From positions 160,001 through 224,000 of the forward strand of contig CAXXMR010000009.1 of NCBI GenBank assembly GCA_963663805.2: DNA of 64,000 nucleotides, given 5' to 3'. A program made the position numbers and the translations under genes. Positions 19,474-29,265 of the stretch are shown piece by piece. This DNA comes from Sedimentisphaerales bacterium. GTDB lineage: Bacteria; Planctomycetota; Phycisphaerae; Sedimentisphaerales; SM23-30. Position 1 is the stretch's first letter. Each line of letters starts with the position of its first letter. The notes beneath the pieces are model-generated. The model did not search any database. It was given only the letters and a program-made list of their open reading frames with translations, and had not been told where the DNA came from.

Positions 19474-20232
19474 ATGTTTGATTTGACGGGGAAAACCGCT
19501 CTGGTTACCGGTGCGAGTCGCGGTCTGGGCCAGTATTTTGGGCGGGCGTTGGCCGGTAGCGGTGCGGATTTGATAATTACGGCGCGGCAGCGTGAATCGT
19601 TAAATGATTTTGCGAAAGAGATAGAAGCTCTGGGGCGTAAGGTTTATGCGGTGGAGCTGGATGTTCGTGATTATGACAGTATTTCGCGGCTGGCGGCTGA
19701 AGTTGGTCAGGTTGATATTCTAGTGAATAATGCCGGGTGTAATGTTCGCAAGCCTTCGATTGAGGTTAGCTGGGATGAATGGAATCTGGTTTTGGATACG
19801 AATTTACGGGGGACGTTTTTTGTATGTCAGGCGATAGGGCGGGGGATGATTGAGCGGCAGTATGGGCGGATAATCAATGTTGGGTCGGTGACGTCGGTTT
19901 TTGGTTACGCGGGGCTGGGGCCATATTGTGCGAGCCGGGGCGGGGTTAAGCAGTTGACGATGAGTCTGGCGGATGAGTGGGGGGCGCATGGGGTTACGGT
20001 GAACTGTCTGGCGCCGGGGTGGTTCAAGACTGCTCAGAATCAGGTTTTGTATGAGAATGAGAAATGGGTTGATTATATCAGGGACAGGATACCTGTAAAG
20101 CGTCCGGGCGAGCCTCATGATTTGGATGCGGCGGTGGTTTTTCTGGCTTCTGAGGAAAGCCGATATGTGACGGGGCAGACGCTTTTGGTTGACGGGGGGA
20201 TTTCGACGGGGGCGACCAAGGCGACGGTTTAG
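19474..20232 (+). CDS. Short-chain dehydrogenase/reductase (gluconate 5-dehydrogenase/KduD-like)
   Basis: TGASRGLG, VNNAG, YCASR, APGWFKT, VDGG. Confidence 0.9.
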   Translation: MFDLTGKTALVTGASRGLGQYFGRALAGSGADLIITARQRESLNDFAKEIEALGRKVYAVELDVRDYDSISRLAAEVGQVDILVNNAGCNVRKPSIEVSWDEWNLVLDTNLRGTFFVCQAIGRGMIERQYGRIINVGSVTSVFGYAGLGPYCASRGGVKQLTMSLADEWGAHGVTVNCLAPGWFKTAQNQVLYENEKWVDYIRDRIPVKRPGEPHDLDAAVVFLASEESRYVTGQTLLVDGGISTGATKATV

Positions 20233-20233
20233 T

Positions 20234-20580
20234 GTGAGTTTTCGGCAAGCGTGAAAAAAAGAATTTATTCGGGGGTGTCGGAGTTTTGCAGCCTGTCTTT
20301 GTAGTTCCAGGGCATCCAGTTAGCTGGGGATGACGTGGCGGTATCGAGGTGCTTTTGCAGTTGGGTGAGGTAATCGAACGGGTTGACTTTATTCAGTTCG
20401 CAGGTATGGATAACGCTCATGAACAGGTCGCCCACCCGGGCACCGTTGAGAGTTTTGTAGAAGCAGGCGTTTTTCCGGTGCAGAATGGCCTTCTTCAAGG
20501 CCCGTTCGCAGATATTATTGTCCAGCGGTGCACCGGGCTGTCTCGGGAACAGCGTCAGTTTCTGCCAGTGTCGAAGCACC
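20234..20580 (-). pseudogene. IS66-family transposase C-terminal remnant with probable element end
   Basis: HWQKLTLF..PGAPLDNNICERALK...SVIHTCELNKVNPFDYL...WMPWNY; no N-terminal part; possible terminal sequence GTGAGTTTTCGGC at 20234. Confidence 0.8.
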
Positions 20581-20774
20581 GCCCACCGCCCCACCGGTGC
20601 CCAAAACGGTGCTCTCCGGTGCCCAATTTGGTGCTGGATGGCAGGTCACCGGAGATTATGGCTGTCCACCACTGGCAAGACATGCCCACCACGCACCAGT
20701 CTACAACACACACAACTATCTACAAAATAAAAGCTTAGATAAACCAAGGCAGCCCCCGGCAAATAATGGCAAAA

Positions 20775-20815
20775 AGCGGGCGATGAGAATCGAACTTACA
20801 TGGCCAGCTTGGAAG
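20775..20815 (-). other. 3' half of tRNA-Gly(TCC), att-site-like remnant
   Basis: Minus strand reads CTTCCAA GCTGG CCAT GTAAG TTCGATT CTCAT CGCCCGC T: anticodon loop, T-arm with one mismatch, acceptor 3' strand, U discriminator; the 5' half is absent. Confidence 0.8.
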
Positions 20816-21059
20816 CATGAGGAGGCATTAACGTAAAACCTTGACAAATAAGCAGTTATGCGGAAACCATATTCAAGGGTGACCTAAACAGTGCCGGAGG
20901 AGTGGCAAGGATAGCATCCTTTTGTCAATCGATGACAATAGTCGAGGGTTTGAGGTTGACAAGAATTAAACACAAAAACCCCTTTCTCAACACAAAAATA
21001 TATCATAAACTCAAGAAATATGCTTGAAATACGCAAAATACTGTTTACAATATGCAATA

Positions 21060-22217
21060 ATGATTCAAAGAATATTACATAGTCAGATATTGCAGTCTTT
21101 ACAGCACTTTCCTGCGGTTGGACTGATTGGTGCCCGACAGGTAGGTAAAACAACTTTGGCTCGAGTGATCGCCAAACAATGGCCGGAAAAAACGCTCTAT
21201 CTTGACCTTGAACTACCTACTGACTATTCGACCTTGAGCGAGCCAGAACTTTTTCTTTCTCAGCATGCCGAAAAACTAATTATTATTGACGAAATTCAAC
21301 TGCGAAGCGACTTGTTTCCCGTCCTGAGAAGTCTGATCGATATGGATCGCCATCCGGGACGTTTTTTGCTCTTGGGATCATCGAGCCCAGATCTTATTCG
21401 CCAATCCGGCGAATCCTTAGCAGGACGAATCGCATACCACGAGCTTTCACCATTCCTTCTAAGCGAATTATCACCAGAAAAAATAACCGAACTTTGGATG
21501 CGGGGAGGCTTTCCTGACAGCACCCTCTCACAATCAGATGATATCTCTGTACAATGGCGTGAAGATTTCATTATGACTTATCTGCAGCGGGATTTATCTT
21601 CTATGGGATATGACATCCGAATTCCCGCAATGAAACTCAGGCGTTTTTGGCAGATGCTGGCGCATACCCATGGCCATTTGACAAATTTCAGTCAATTAGC
21701 AATGAATATGGACCTATCCAGACAATCTATTCGAAAATATCTCGATATATTGCAGGAAACTTTTATGATCCGTCAGCTTCAGCCGTTTCATGCGAATTTA
21801 AAAAAAAGGCTGGTTAAGTCTCCAAAGATATTTATTCGCGACAGTGGCATACTGCATACACTCATGGCTATCAATACATTTCAAGAACTGATGGGGCATT
21901 CTGCACTAGGAATGAGTTGGGAAGGTTTCTGTATCGAGCAAATATTAAATCAGATTCCTCGTTCATGGGAGACTTTTTTCTATAGAACCCAAGTTGGGGC
22001 AGAAGTAGATTTGGTTTTGCAGCGGAGCTTTGGCGAAGCACCCATATTTATCGAATTTAAGTACTCACAATCTCCGAAACTGACAAAAGGCTTTTGGGAA
22101 GCAAAATCAGATTTACAACCCAAAGCCTGCTATGTAATATATCCGGGAACAAAATCCTATCCTTTGACAGACTCTGTTGAAGTCCTGCCTTTATCCCAAA
22201 TCAGCAAAATCTGGTAG
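21060..22217 (+). CDS. AAA+ ATPase (AAA_14) with DUF4143 C-terminal domain
   Basis: GARQVGKTT Walker A, IIDEIQ Walker B, SLAGR, GGFP, KRLVKSPKIFIRDSG, EVDLV...IEFK; AT-rich. Confidence 0.9.
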   Translation: MIQRILHSQILQSLQHFPAVGLIGARQVGKTTLARVIAKQWPEKTLYLDLELPTDYSTLSEPELFLSQHAEKLIIIDEIQLRSDLFPVLRSLIDMDRHPGRFLLLGSSSPDLIRQSGESLAGRIAYHELSPFLLSELSPEKITELWMRGGFPDSTLSQSDDISVQWREDFIMTYLQRDLSSMGYDIRIPAMKLRRFWQMLAHTHGHLTNFSQLAMNMDLSRQSIRKYLDILQETFMIRQLQPFHANLKKRLVKSPKIFIRDSGILHTLMAINTFQELMGHSALGMSWEGFCIEQILNQIPRSWETFFYRTQVGAEVDLVLQRSFGEAPIFIEFKYSQSPKLTKGFWEAKSDLQPKACYVIYPGTKSYPLTDSVEVLPLSQISKIW

Positions 22218-22597
22218 AATAAACGCACCATCTACCATATTGGCTAGGGCTTTGTAAAAATTAAATACACCTATTCGATCTGTCCGATAATGACTCCATA
22301 AGCCGATTTTTCATGGAGTCTGTTATGAATAAGAAGTACATTGTTCGTCTAAGCGACGAAGAACGCCGTGAATTGGTTGAGGTCATTAACAAGCTCAAGG
22401 GAACCTCGCAAAAAGTCAAGCGTGCGCAAATATTACTCAAGGCGGATGCCGACGGCCCTAACTGGCCTCACCATCAAATTGCCGAAGCGTTTCTATGTCG
22501 CGTCAAAACCGTGTCGAATGTTTGTAGGTCCCTGGTGGAACGAGGATTTGACATAACCTTGAATGGCAAAAAGCGTGATACGCCGCCTCGCGCTAAA

Positions 22598-23190
22598 TCC
22601 AAGCTAATCCACCGGCTCTGCCGGTGAGAATTTATAAGGCTCTGCCGTTAAGTGCGTTACAATGGTCCTCCTTGAGGAAGGCTCCTGGGGTCAAGGAGGA
22701 CACTATGAAAGACTGGCAGAGTCAGGCCCATGTAAAATGGGACTGTAAGTATCATGTTGTTATTGTACCCAAATATCGTCGCAAAGCAATATTTGGTAAG
22801 TTGCGAAAGGAAATAGGTGCGATATTGCGAGAATTGTGCCGCCAGTATGGGATAGAGCTTATAGAAGGTAACGCCATAGCAGACCATATTCATATGCTCC
22901 TGAGCGTTCCGCCCAAGTACAGCATCGCTATGACCATCGGTTATCTCAAAGGTAAAAGTGCCATCCGGATTTCTCGTGATCTGATGCGTACCAAAGGCAC
23001 TCTCTTTGGCCGCAGTTTTTGGTCTCGCGGTTATTGTGTAAGTACCGTTGGTCTTGATGAAGCCCATATTCGTAAGTACATTCAAGATCAGGACAAGCAT
23101 GAGCAAAATATTGAAAAAGGATTAGACTAACTGTAATGGCCCCTTTTAGGGGCCTTCCTCATACCACCGGCTCTGCCGGTGGTCATTGAT
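22598..23190 (+). mobile_element. IS200-type element (tnpA only) nested in the IS630
   Basis: Subterminal hairpins CCACCGGCTCTGCCGGTG at both ends; removing the element restores IS630 ...PPRAK-LLDGQQEAK. Ends approximate to within a few bp. Confidence 0.85.
22705..23130 (+). CDS. tnpA: IS200/IS605 Y1 HUH transposase
   Basis: AAGGAGG RBS; KYHVVIVPKYRR, DHIHML (HUH), GYLKGKS, FWSRGY, YIQDQ. Confidence 0.93.
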   Translation: MKDWQSQAHVKWDCKYHVVIVPKYRRKAIFGKLRKEIGAILRELCRQYGIELIEGNAIADHIHMLLSVPPKYSIAMTIGYLKGKSAIRISRDLMRTKGTLFGRSFWSRGYCVSTVGLDEAHIRKYIQDQDKHEQNIEKGLD

Positions 23191-23743
23191 TTGCTGGACG
23201 GCCAGCAGGAAGCCAAGATCATTGCACTGAGATTGAGCGAGCCGCCGGCAGGGTATAGCAACTGGTCACTGCGACTGCTCGCCGAGAAAGCAGTTGAATT
23301 AGAGATTGTGGATTCCATCAGTCATACGGCGGTTAGTACCACCTTAAAAAAAATGACATGACGAAACGGAAAATTCAGTATTGGGTGATTCCGCCGGATC
23401 AAAGCAGCGAATTTGTGGCCTGCATGGAAGATGTCCTGGATGTCTATGCGATGCCATATGATCCGGATTTTCCGGTTGTTTGTATGGATGAGCAACCGGT
23501 TCAGTTATACGCCCAAACACGGCAGTTGGCTCAATATTGCTGAAAACGAACTGAGTTCGATGACCCGGCAATGTTTGAAAGATCGAAAAATGACAGATAT
23601 TGATATGCTGAAAAAAGAGACGAGTGCCTGGGCTACAAATTCCAATGAAAAACAGAGAGGTGTGGACTGGCAATTTAAGGTAGAAGAGGCCAGATGTAAA
23701 CTTCGCTCACTCTACCCGAATATTTAAGGATTACAAGGCACTA

Positions 23744-24250
23744 GCCTCCGAAATACAAGTTTCTGTTGATACCGTTCGTCGCTGGACAACCACTCTCTGT
23801 AATCTGCATCTTGGTTTTCTGGTCAGGCCCTGGTTTAAAAACATTTCACGTTCACTCAGAAAAGAGCCCAAATGGTTCCTTCGAGACTGGTCAGCAATTG
23901 AAGATATTGGAGAAAAAGCAGAAACCTTTGTCGCTTGCCATCTCTTAAAAACCGTAGAAGGCTGGAACGATATGGGACTTGGCAATTTTCAGCTGGGATA
24001 TTTAAAAGATAGAAATCAACGAGAAATAGACTTTATTGTCATCAAAGATGGAAAACCCTGGTTTCTTGCCGAGGTTAAATATGCCGACAAGACTACGAGC
24101 CCGTCCTTGCAATTTTTTCAGGAACAAACAAAGGCACCATTTGCGTTTCAAATTGTCATAAAAGCCGACTATGTTGATGCTGATTGTTTTTCTCCTCAAG
24201 ATCGTCCCATGATTGTACCGGCGAAAACTTTTCTCTCACAATTACTATAA
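23744..24250 (+). pseudogene. C-terminal fragment of a second AAA_14/DUF4143 ATPase
   Basis: In frame with ORF 23972-24250: ASEIQVSVDTVRRW...RSLRKEPKWFLRDW...ETFVACHL...QREIDF...LAEVK; no N-terminal half left of the IS630. Confidence 0.8.
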
Positions 24251-24759
24251 TATCACGGTTGCTAACCTATCACATTAATTACAAGCTTCGATATTGCCTT
24301 CCAGCCGAGAGCATTGCTTCTAATTATGGTAACAATATAATTACCTTCCTTCGCAAATGAATGAATGCACAATCAATGGCGGCCTCACATGACACTTGAT
24401 GGTTTAAGGCCAAATGTTATCTTCTATGACAATAAACCAGAAATACCTGGCAACGACGCGAAAGAAGTGCCACCCAATATTGAGCAACACTATTTCAGCC
24501 AAACCCGAACAATGGGCTATCGACTAAAACAGCCTGTTTGAATTTTGGTCAATCCAAGGCTTAACTGCGATATCGTTCTGCGCAGATTTTGTGTTTTGCC
24601 GACAAGCCTGCCAATAATCCGACGATTTACCATTCAGCATCCTTTGATAACGCTGAATCTGAACTCACATGGACTTTTCAAAGAGCAAAATTTTCAATTT
24701 TCAACCGCTCAAAAGCGGTATCACGCTTGCTTGACAAGTACATTGCTACTCGGTTCTGG

Positions 24760-25686
24760 TTAGAGGGTGGCGATGAATTCGTTGAGTTCGTTTAGTGTGG
24801 GCATGGAGGACTGGGCTCCCATTTTGGTGACGGAGAAGGCTGCTACTTTGTTGGCGAACAGGGCGGCGTCGCGTAGTGACTTGCCCTGATTGAGGGCGCA
24901 GGCGAGGCTGCCGGTGAAGGCATCGCCCGCGGCGGTTGAGTCTACAGCGTTTACTTTATGGCGGTCGATGAGTTCCTTGCCGTCGGCGTTGGCGATCATG
25001 AAGCCTTTGTCACCGAGCGTGATGATAACGTTTTTGACGCCTTTAGCGAGCAGGGCATCGGCGGCCTGTGCGGCGGATTTTTCGTTGGTAACCTTTATGC
25101 CGGTAATGGTTTGGGCTTCGGTTTCGTTGGGTTTGATAATGTCGGTCAGGGCGAGCAGTTCAGCGCTGAGCGGGGCGGCGGGGGCCGGGTCCAGAATGAA
25201 CGGTACATTTTTGGATTTGGCGATCTTGGCGGCGGCCAGGACGGTTTCCATGGGAATCTCCAGTTGGGCGACTACCGCACTGGCCTGGGCGATGTCGTCA
25301 GCAGCTGCCTCAACGTCGGCGGGTGTTAGCTTGCTGTTTGCACCAGGTACTACGATGATGATATTCCTGCCGTTATCATCAATGGCGATCAGGGCGACGC
25401 CGGAAGGGACATCGGGGAGCTGTTTGATATGTTTGGCGTTGATCTTGACGGTATCGAAGTTTTCCAGTGACTTGGCGGCGTAAATATCCTGGCCGAGCCG
25501 GGCCACGAAAATGACATTTGCGCCGAGTTTGGCGGCGGCGACGGCTTGGTTGGCACCTTTGCCGCCGGGCACCATGAAGAAATCTGTCCCTAACAGGGTC
25601 TGGCCGATGACAGGAATCTGGGGCGATTTGCAGACGAGGTCCATGTTGCTGCTGCCGACTACTACGATGGGTTTGAATTCTGCCAT
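24760..25686 (-). CDS. rbsK: Ribokinase
   Basis: VVGSSNMD, PGGKGANQAVAAA, KPNETE, VDSTAAGDAF PfkB signatures. Confidence 0.93.
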   Translation of the reverse strand: MAEFKPIVVVGSSNMDLVCKSPQIPVIGQTLLGTDFFMVPGGKGANQAVAAAKLGANVIFVARLGQDIYAAKSLENFDTVKINAKHIKQLPDVPSGVALIAIDDNGRNIIIVVPGANSKLTPADVEAAADDIAQASAVVAQLEIPMETVLAAAKIAKSKNVPFILDPAPAAPLSAELLALTDIIKPNETEAQTITGIKVTNEKSAAQAADALLAKGVKNVIITLGDKGFMIANADGKELIDRHKVNAVDSTAAGDAFTGSLACALNQGKSLRDAALFANKVAAFSVTKMGAQSSMPTLNELNEFIATL

Positions 25687-25708
25687 TACTTGAGACTCCT
25701 TTTTCTCT

Positions 25709-27412
25709 TTATTTGATCGATATGTCCACAAAAGTTATAGTTACCGCCTCTGAGCTGTCGGTGGTAAATTTCAGAGTGTTAAAGCCGGGGCGAAGCCGAC
25801 CCAGCGGGATGGACCAGGCCTTGAGGGTGCCGGCATTGCCGAGCAGTTGGGGGTAGGGGTTCGCAAACGGCTCAGAACTGTCACCATAGGGTTCGGCGTT
25901 GACATTATTGATGCAGAGGTTGACCTGTCTGTCGGCCCAGAGGACATCGGTTTGCAGGCGGATGACGGCGGTGCCGGAACAGTCCCGACCGAGGTCGGGA
26001 TGGGCCATGTCCAAGGCCAGGATGCACGGGTTGTCGTCGCTGAGCGTGCGGGGGACCATTTTCTCTATGTTATCGGGCAATGTCATGTACTCAGTAATAT
26101 AATAATGCCAGCCTTTATACAAGCAATAATTTTGCGGTTTTTGAGCGACGGTGTTGGGGTCGGCCAGCGTTCGTATAATGTGCAGGGGTGGTTCGTGAAC
26201 GGGTGCATCTTTGATGTCTGGGAAGCGGTAGTATGGGAAGTTGAAAATGCTGACTCCCTGAGCTCCTCGTGCGTAGGCAAGTGCGGCCGCGGCGTAGAAC
26301 TGCTCGTCGGTGGTTCTTCGGGATATGTATTGGGTTCCGGAACCGTTGACGTAGATGCTTTGCAGGGCGGAATTGAAGGTCATTTCGTGATAGACGGAGG
26401 AGTTTGGCAGCAGGCGGGTCACTTCGGCCATGTCGCTTTGCTGGCCGGAACGGTAGAAGTTGGACAGGTTAAACATGTCAACTCCAGCGTTGGCCATCTG
26501 CTGGAGGTCGAGGCCGCGGGGATCGTAAGCACAAGTGAATGCGGGGATTCTGACGCAGAGCCAGCGATGCTGGCCGGGCTGGGCGGTGTCATCGAGGAGC
26601 TGGCGGATGCGGCTGATGAAACTCAGTACGATCTGGAGGCGTTCGCCGCTGGTGGTCTGGTCCTGACGGAAGAGGGTATGATGGCGCATGAAATCGAGTT
26701 CCAGCCCGTCAATGTCATACTGGCAGACTTCAGCGATGAAATTATAGATGCGATCGCGGACGGCCTGGATGCCCCAGTTCATGGTGTATTCCTCGCGGAG
26801 CTGGCTGACCATACCGGGCTGCTGGATGACTGTTAGAGGATCGGTACTCAGGTCGGTGCGATCTTCCGGGTCGCTGAGGCAGTAATCGAGGTGTTCATAA
26901 CGCCACTGGTCGATCATTAAGTCCGCCCAGGTGGTCGGCAGGGCGGTGCCTTGTGGCATGGCGATGAATTCCATCTCGTGATGGTCGTTGACGCGGTAGG
27001 AGATAAATGGGGAAATGCCGCGAGTGCGACACTGGTCGATGAAGACCGCAACCACGTCGCCGCCGTCGAGCATGTAATTGGTCAGAGGGTTGGGGGCTTG
27101 GGAGAAGGTGGCGTAGAACCACTGCATATGCTCGGCGAACGGGTAAATGTCGCTGTTCCAGAAAGGGACAAAACCATAGCCCGGCGCGAGCATGTGTACA
27201 TCGAACCCGGCGTCAACGGTTTCGTCGACCGAGCCGCGAATCATCATTTCCATGGTCTGGCCGGAGGAGTTCCACGGACTTTTGCAGCCGTAAAGGTTCA
27301 TCAGGTCATTGTTGTAGAGGGCCCGGAAGGGGGCTTTTTCGGCGTGCGACAGGCTGGGGGAAATGATTAAAAGTAAAAACGCGATAATAATAATTCCGGT
27401 GAATCTGATCAT
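25709..27412 (-). CDS. Secreted uncharacterised TIM-barrel glycoside-hydrolase-like protein (GHL10-like)
   Basis: Signal peptide; LYNND, SYRVNDHH, YDIDGLELDFMRH, GVSIFNF; C-terminal beta-sandwich. Confidence 0.55.
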   Translation of the reverse strand: MIRFTGIIIIAFLLLIISPSLSHAEKAPFRALYNNDLMNLYGCKSPWNSSGQTMEMMIRGSVDETVDAGFDVHMLAPGYGFVPFWNSDIYPFAEHMQWFYATFSQAPNPLTNYMLDGGDVVAVFIDQCRTRGISPFISYRVNDHHEMEFIAMPQGTALPTTWADLMIDQWRYEHLDYCLSDPEDRTDLSTDPLTVIQQPGMVSQLREEYTMNWGIQAVRDRIYNFIAEVCQYDIDGLELDFMRHHTLFRQDQTTSGERLQIVLSFISRIRQLLDDTAQPGQHRWLCVRIPAFTCAYDPRGLDLQQMANAGVDMFNLSNFYRSGQQSDMAEVTRLLPNSSVYHEMTFNSALQSIYVNGSGTQYISRRTTDEQFYAAAALAYARGAQGVSIFNFPYYRFPDIKDAPVHEPPLHIIRTLADPNTVAQKPQNYCLYKGWHYYITEYMTLPDNIEKMVPRTLSDDNPCILALDMAHPDLGRDCSGTAVIRLQTDVLWADRQVNLCINNVNAEPYGDSSEPFANPYPQLLGNAGTLKAWSIPLGRLRPGFNTLKFTTDSSEAVTITFVDISIK

Positions 27413-27427
27413 TTTATTATTCGTCCG

Positions 27428-29224
27428 TTAATAGGGCAGGGGGTCAAGGTAAGTTAGCCAGTTCTGGGCCAGGATGGCCAGGTCCACAAGGTCAACTCCG
27501 CAATCGAAATTTAAATCACCGGCAGGGAAGGGGTTTTCTTCATCACCGCAGATGCCGGTTTCGTAAGCGCCTTTATCGACCAGGGCGCTTAATATCCGGG
27601 ATGCCCCGGTGATGTCCTGAGTGATGTCCGTGGGGATAAGCGAGTTCGAGCCGGTATTAATACAGGGTGAAACTTCGCAAATCCTTACATCGTCGTCGGC
27701 GGTACCGGGGATGTTGTCCGGGCCGTTGGGCAGGATGAGCATGGGGTTTTCGTCGCTGTTGTTATTGCCCGTGCCGGACCAGCCGGATTTGATGGTACTG
27801 TAATAAATCTCCACCAGACCGGAAGTGTCATAAACTTCACGGGTACCGTCCCAGAGGATGGAGTTGTAGACTCTGATGGTGTCGCCGGAATCCGCGAACA
27901 ACGCGTCGCCGTAAGTGCCGGAGTTGTTGGAGAAGGTACAGTTGTAGATGGAGGGTATGTCATTGCGGCAATGGAATGCGCCGCCCTGCACGGAACTGTT
28001 GCCGGAGAATACCGTGTTGACGATTTCCGGATAGGAGTTGGTGGCCATGCCTCCACCGTATTCGGTTGTCGCGTTGCCCAGGAAGAAACAGTCCTGCACG
28101 CGGCAGTCGCTGGCGGCATTGTAGAAGCCGCCGCCGCGATACGCAGTGAAGGCCCCGCCGGTTTGGGTGCCGTTGTTCAGGAATGTGCAGCGGGCCAGGA
28201 GGAAGTCCGCGGCGTTGTAATTGTAAATTCCGCCGCCTTGCTCAGCGTTGTTATAGATGAAATGGCAGTCGGTGATGGAAACATCGGTTGAATGGGCGTA
28301 AATTCCGCCGCCGTAGTAGCCGGTGTTCTGATAGAACGTGCAATCGTCAATGGATGGATTTCCGCCCTGGTAGATGTGGATGGCACCACCGTGATTGTCG
28401 GAACGGTTATTGTAAAACTCACATCCGAAAACCCTTGTGTCGGCCTGACGGATAGTGATGGCGCCACCGCCGCCGATAGAGAAATTATTCTCGAATACAC
28501 AGTCGATTATATAGCCGTGACCGTAGGGGCGAACATAGATAGCTCCGCCGCGAAAAGCTCCGTTATTATGCCGGAATACGCAGTTCTGGAAGGTTGGGTC
28601 GCTGCTGACAGAGTACCAGCAAGCTCCTCCTCCGCTGGAACCGTAGTTCAAGGTGAACAGGCAGTTTCGGATGGTTGGGTCTGAGTCGCTGGGTATGACA
28701 ATTCCTCCTCCGACGTTATCAGGATAAACTTCGATGTTTGCCCATCCGCTTTTGATGGTAAATCCGTCGATAACAGCGAATTCGTTTACGTCGTTGGCGC
28801 TGAGGACATGACAACTGTTTTCTGAATAGTTGTTCCAGTTGGGCAGGTCATTATTGTTGAGGTCTGCGGAGAGGATAGTTTCGTTTGTCTGCCAGTTTCT
28901 CTGGTCGAGTTGTGTTTCAGTTCCGTTGAATCCGCCGTAGATTGATACGTTAGATTTGAGTGGGAAAGATGCGGTTCTGTCGCCGACGGTGATACCTGCG
29001 CCCTGGTCCGGTTTGTAAGTTCCTTGCGCGACCCAGATTTCATCGTAGTCCTGGGCGGCGTTTATAGCGTCCTGCAAACTGGTGTAGGCGTTGGTCCAGT
29101 TATTGCCGTTATTGGTTCCGGCTGCGTTCTGGTTGACGTAAATGGTATCGGCCTGTGTCTTGAGGTTCATAAATAAGCAGGCTGACACTGCGATCAGGGA
29201 CAGATAAAGACGCGTCCTGAGCAT
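27428..29224 (-). CDS. Secreted right-handed beta-helix protein with C-terminal dockerin
   Basis: IYVNQNA..NG.NW.NAY, IWVAQGTYKP, repeated GGA/FxxN coils, SPCINTG...DKGAYE, GDLNFDCGVDLVDL. Confidence 0.85.
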   Translation of the reverse strand: MLRTRLYLSLIAVSACLFMNLKTQADTIYVNQNAAGTNNGNNWTNAYTSLQDAINAAQDYDEIWVAQGTYKPDQGAGITVGDRTASFPLKSNVSIYGGFNGTETQLDQRNWQTNETILSADLNNNDLPNWNNYSENSCHVLSANDVNEFAVIDGFTIKSGWANIEVYPDNVGGGIVIPSDSDPTIRNCLFTLNYGSSGGGACWYSVSSDPTFQNCVFRHNNGAFRGGAIYVRPYGHGYIIDCVFENNFSIGGGGAITIRQADTRVFGCEFYNNRSDNHGGAIHIYQGGNPSIDDCTFYQNTGYYGGGIYAHSTDVSITDCHFIYNNAEQGGGIYNYNAADFLLARCTFLNNGTQTGGAFTAYRGGGFYNAASDCRVQDCFFLGNATTEYGGGMATNSYPEIVNTVFSGNSSVQGGAFHCRNDIPSIYNCTFSNNSGTYGDALFADSGDTIRVYNSILWDGTREVYDTSGLVEIYYSTIKSGWSGTGNNNSDENPMLILPNGPDNIPGTADDDVRICEVSPCINTGSNSLIPTDITQDITGASRILSALVDKGAYETGICGDEENPFPAGDLNFDCGVDLVDLAILAQNWLTYLDPLPY

Positions 29225-29265
29225 TTTCTTTCTCCAAAAAAGATATTGTTTACGTGGTAAGATAC

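Larger units (their letters stand above)
22245..23743 (+). mobile_element. IS630-family element, internally deleted and interrupted by an IS200
   Basis: Imperfect IRs TAGGGCTTTGTAA / TTACAAGGCACTA, each in a CTAG context; MNKKYIVRL HTH; A8 slippery run at 23346-23353; VVCMDE jumps directly to [13 protein letters not shown]. Confidence 0.85.

Noticed and set aside
20775..20850. Intact tRNA-Gly gene
   Set aside because: The D-arm and 5' acceptor strand are absent; only the 3' half is present.
22598..23190. IS605-type element with TnpB/omega RNA
   Set aside because: The element is about 0.6 kb, encodes only TnpA, and has no room for tnpB.
21060..24250. Defined anti-phage defence system
   Set aside because: Only generic AAA_14/DUF4143 ATPases, one truncated; no recognisable partner genes.
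24389..24795. Small ORFs between the ATPase fragment and rbsK
   Set aside because: Short, no recognisable motifs, overlapping frames; probably decayed sequence.
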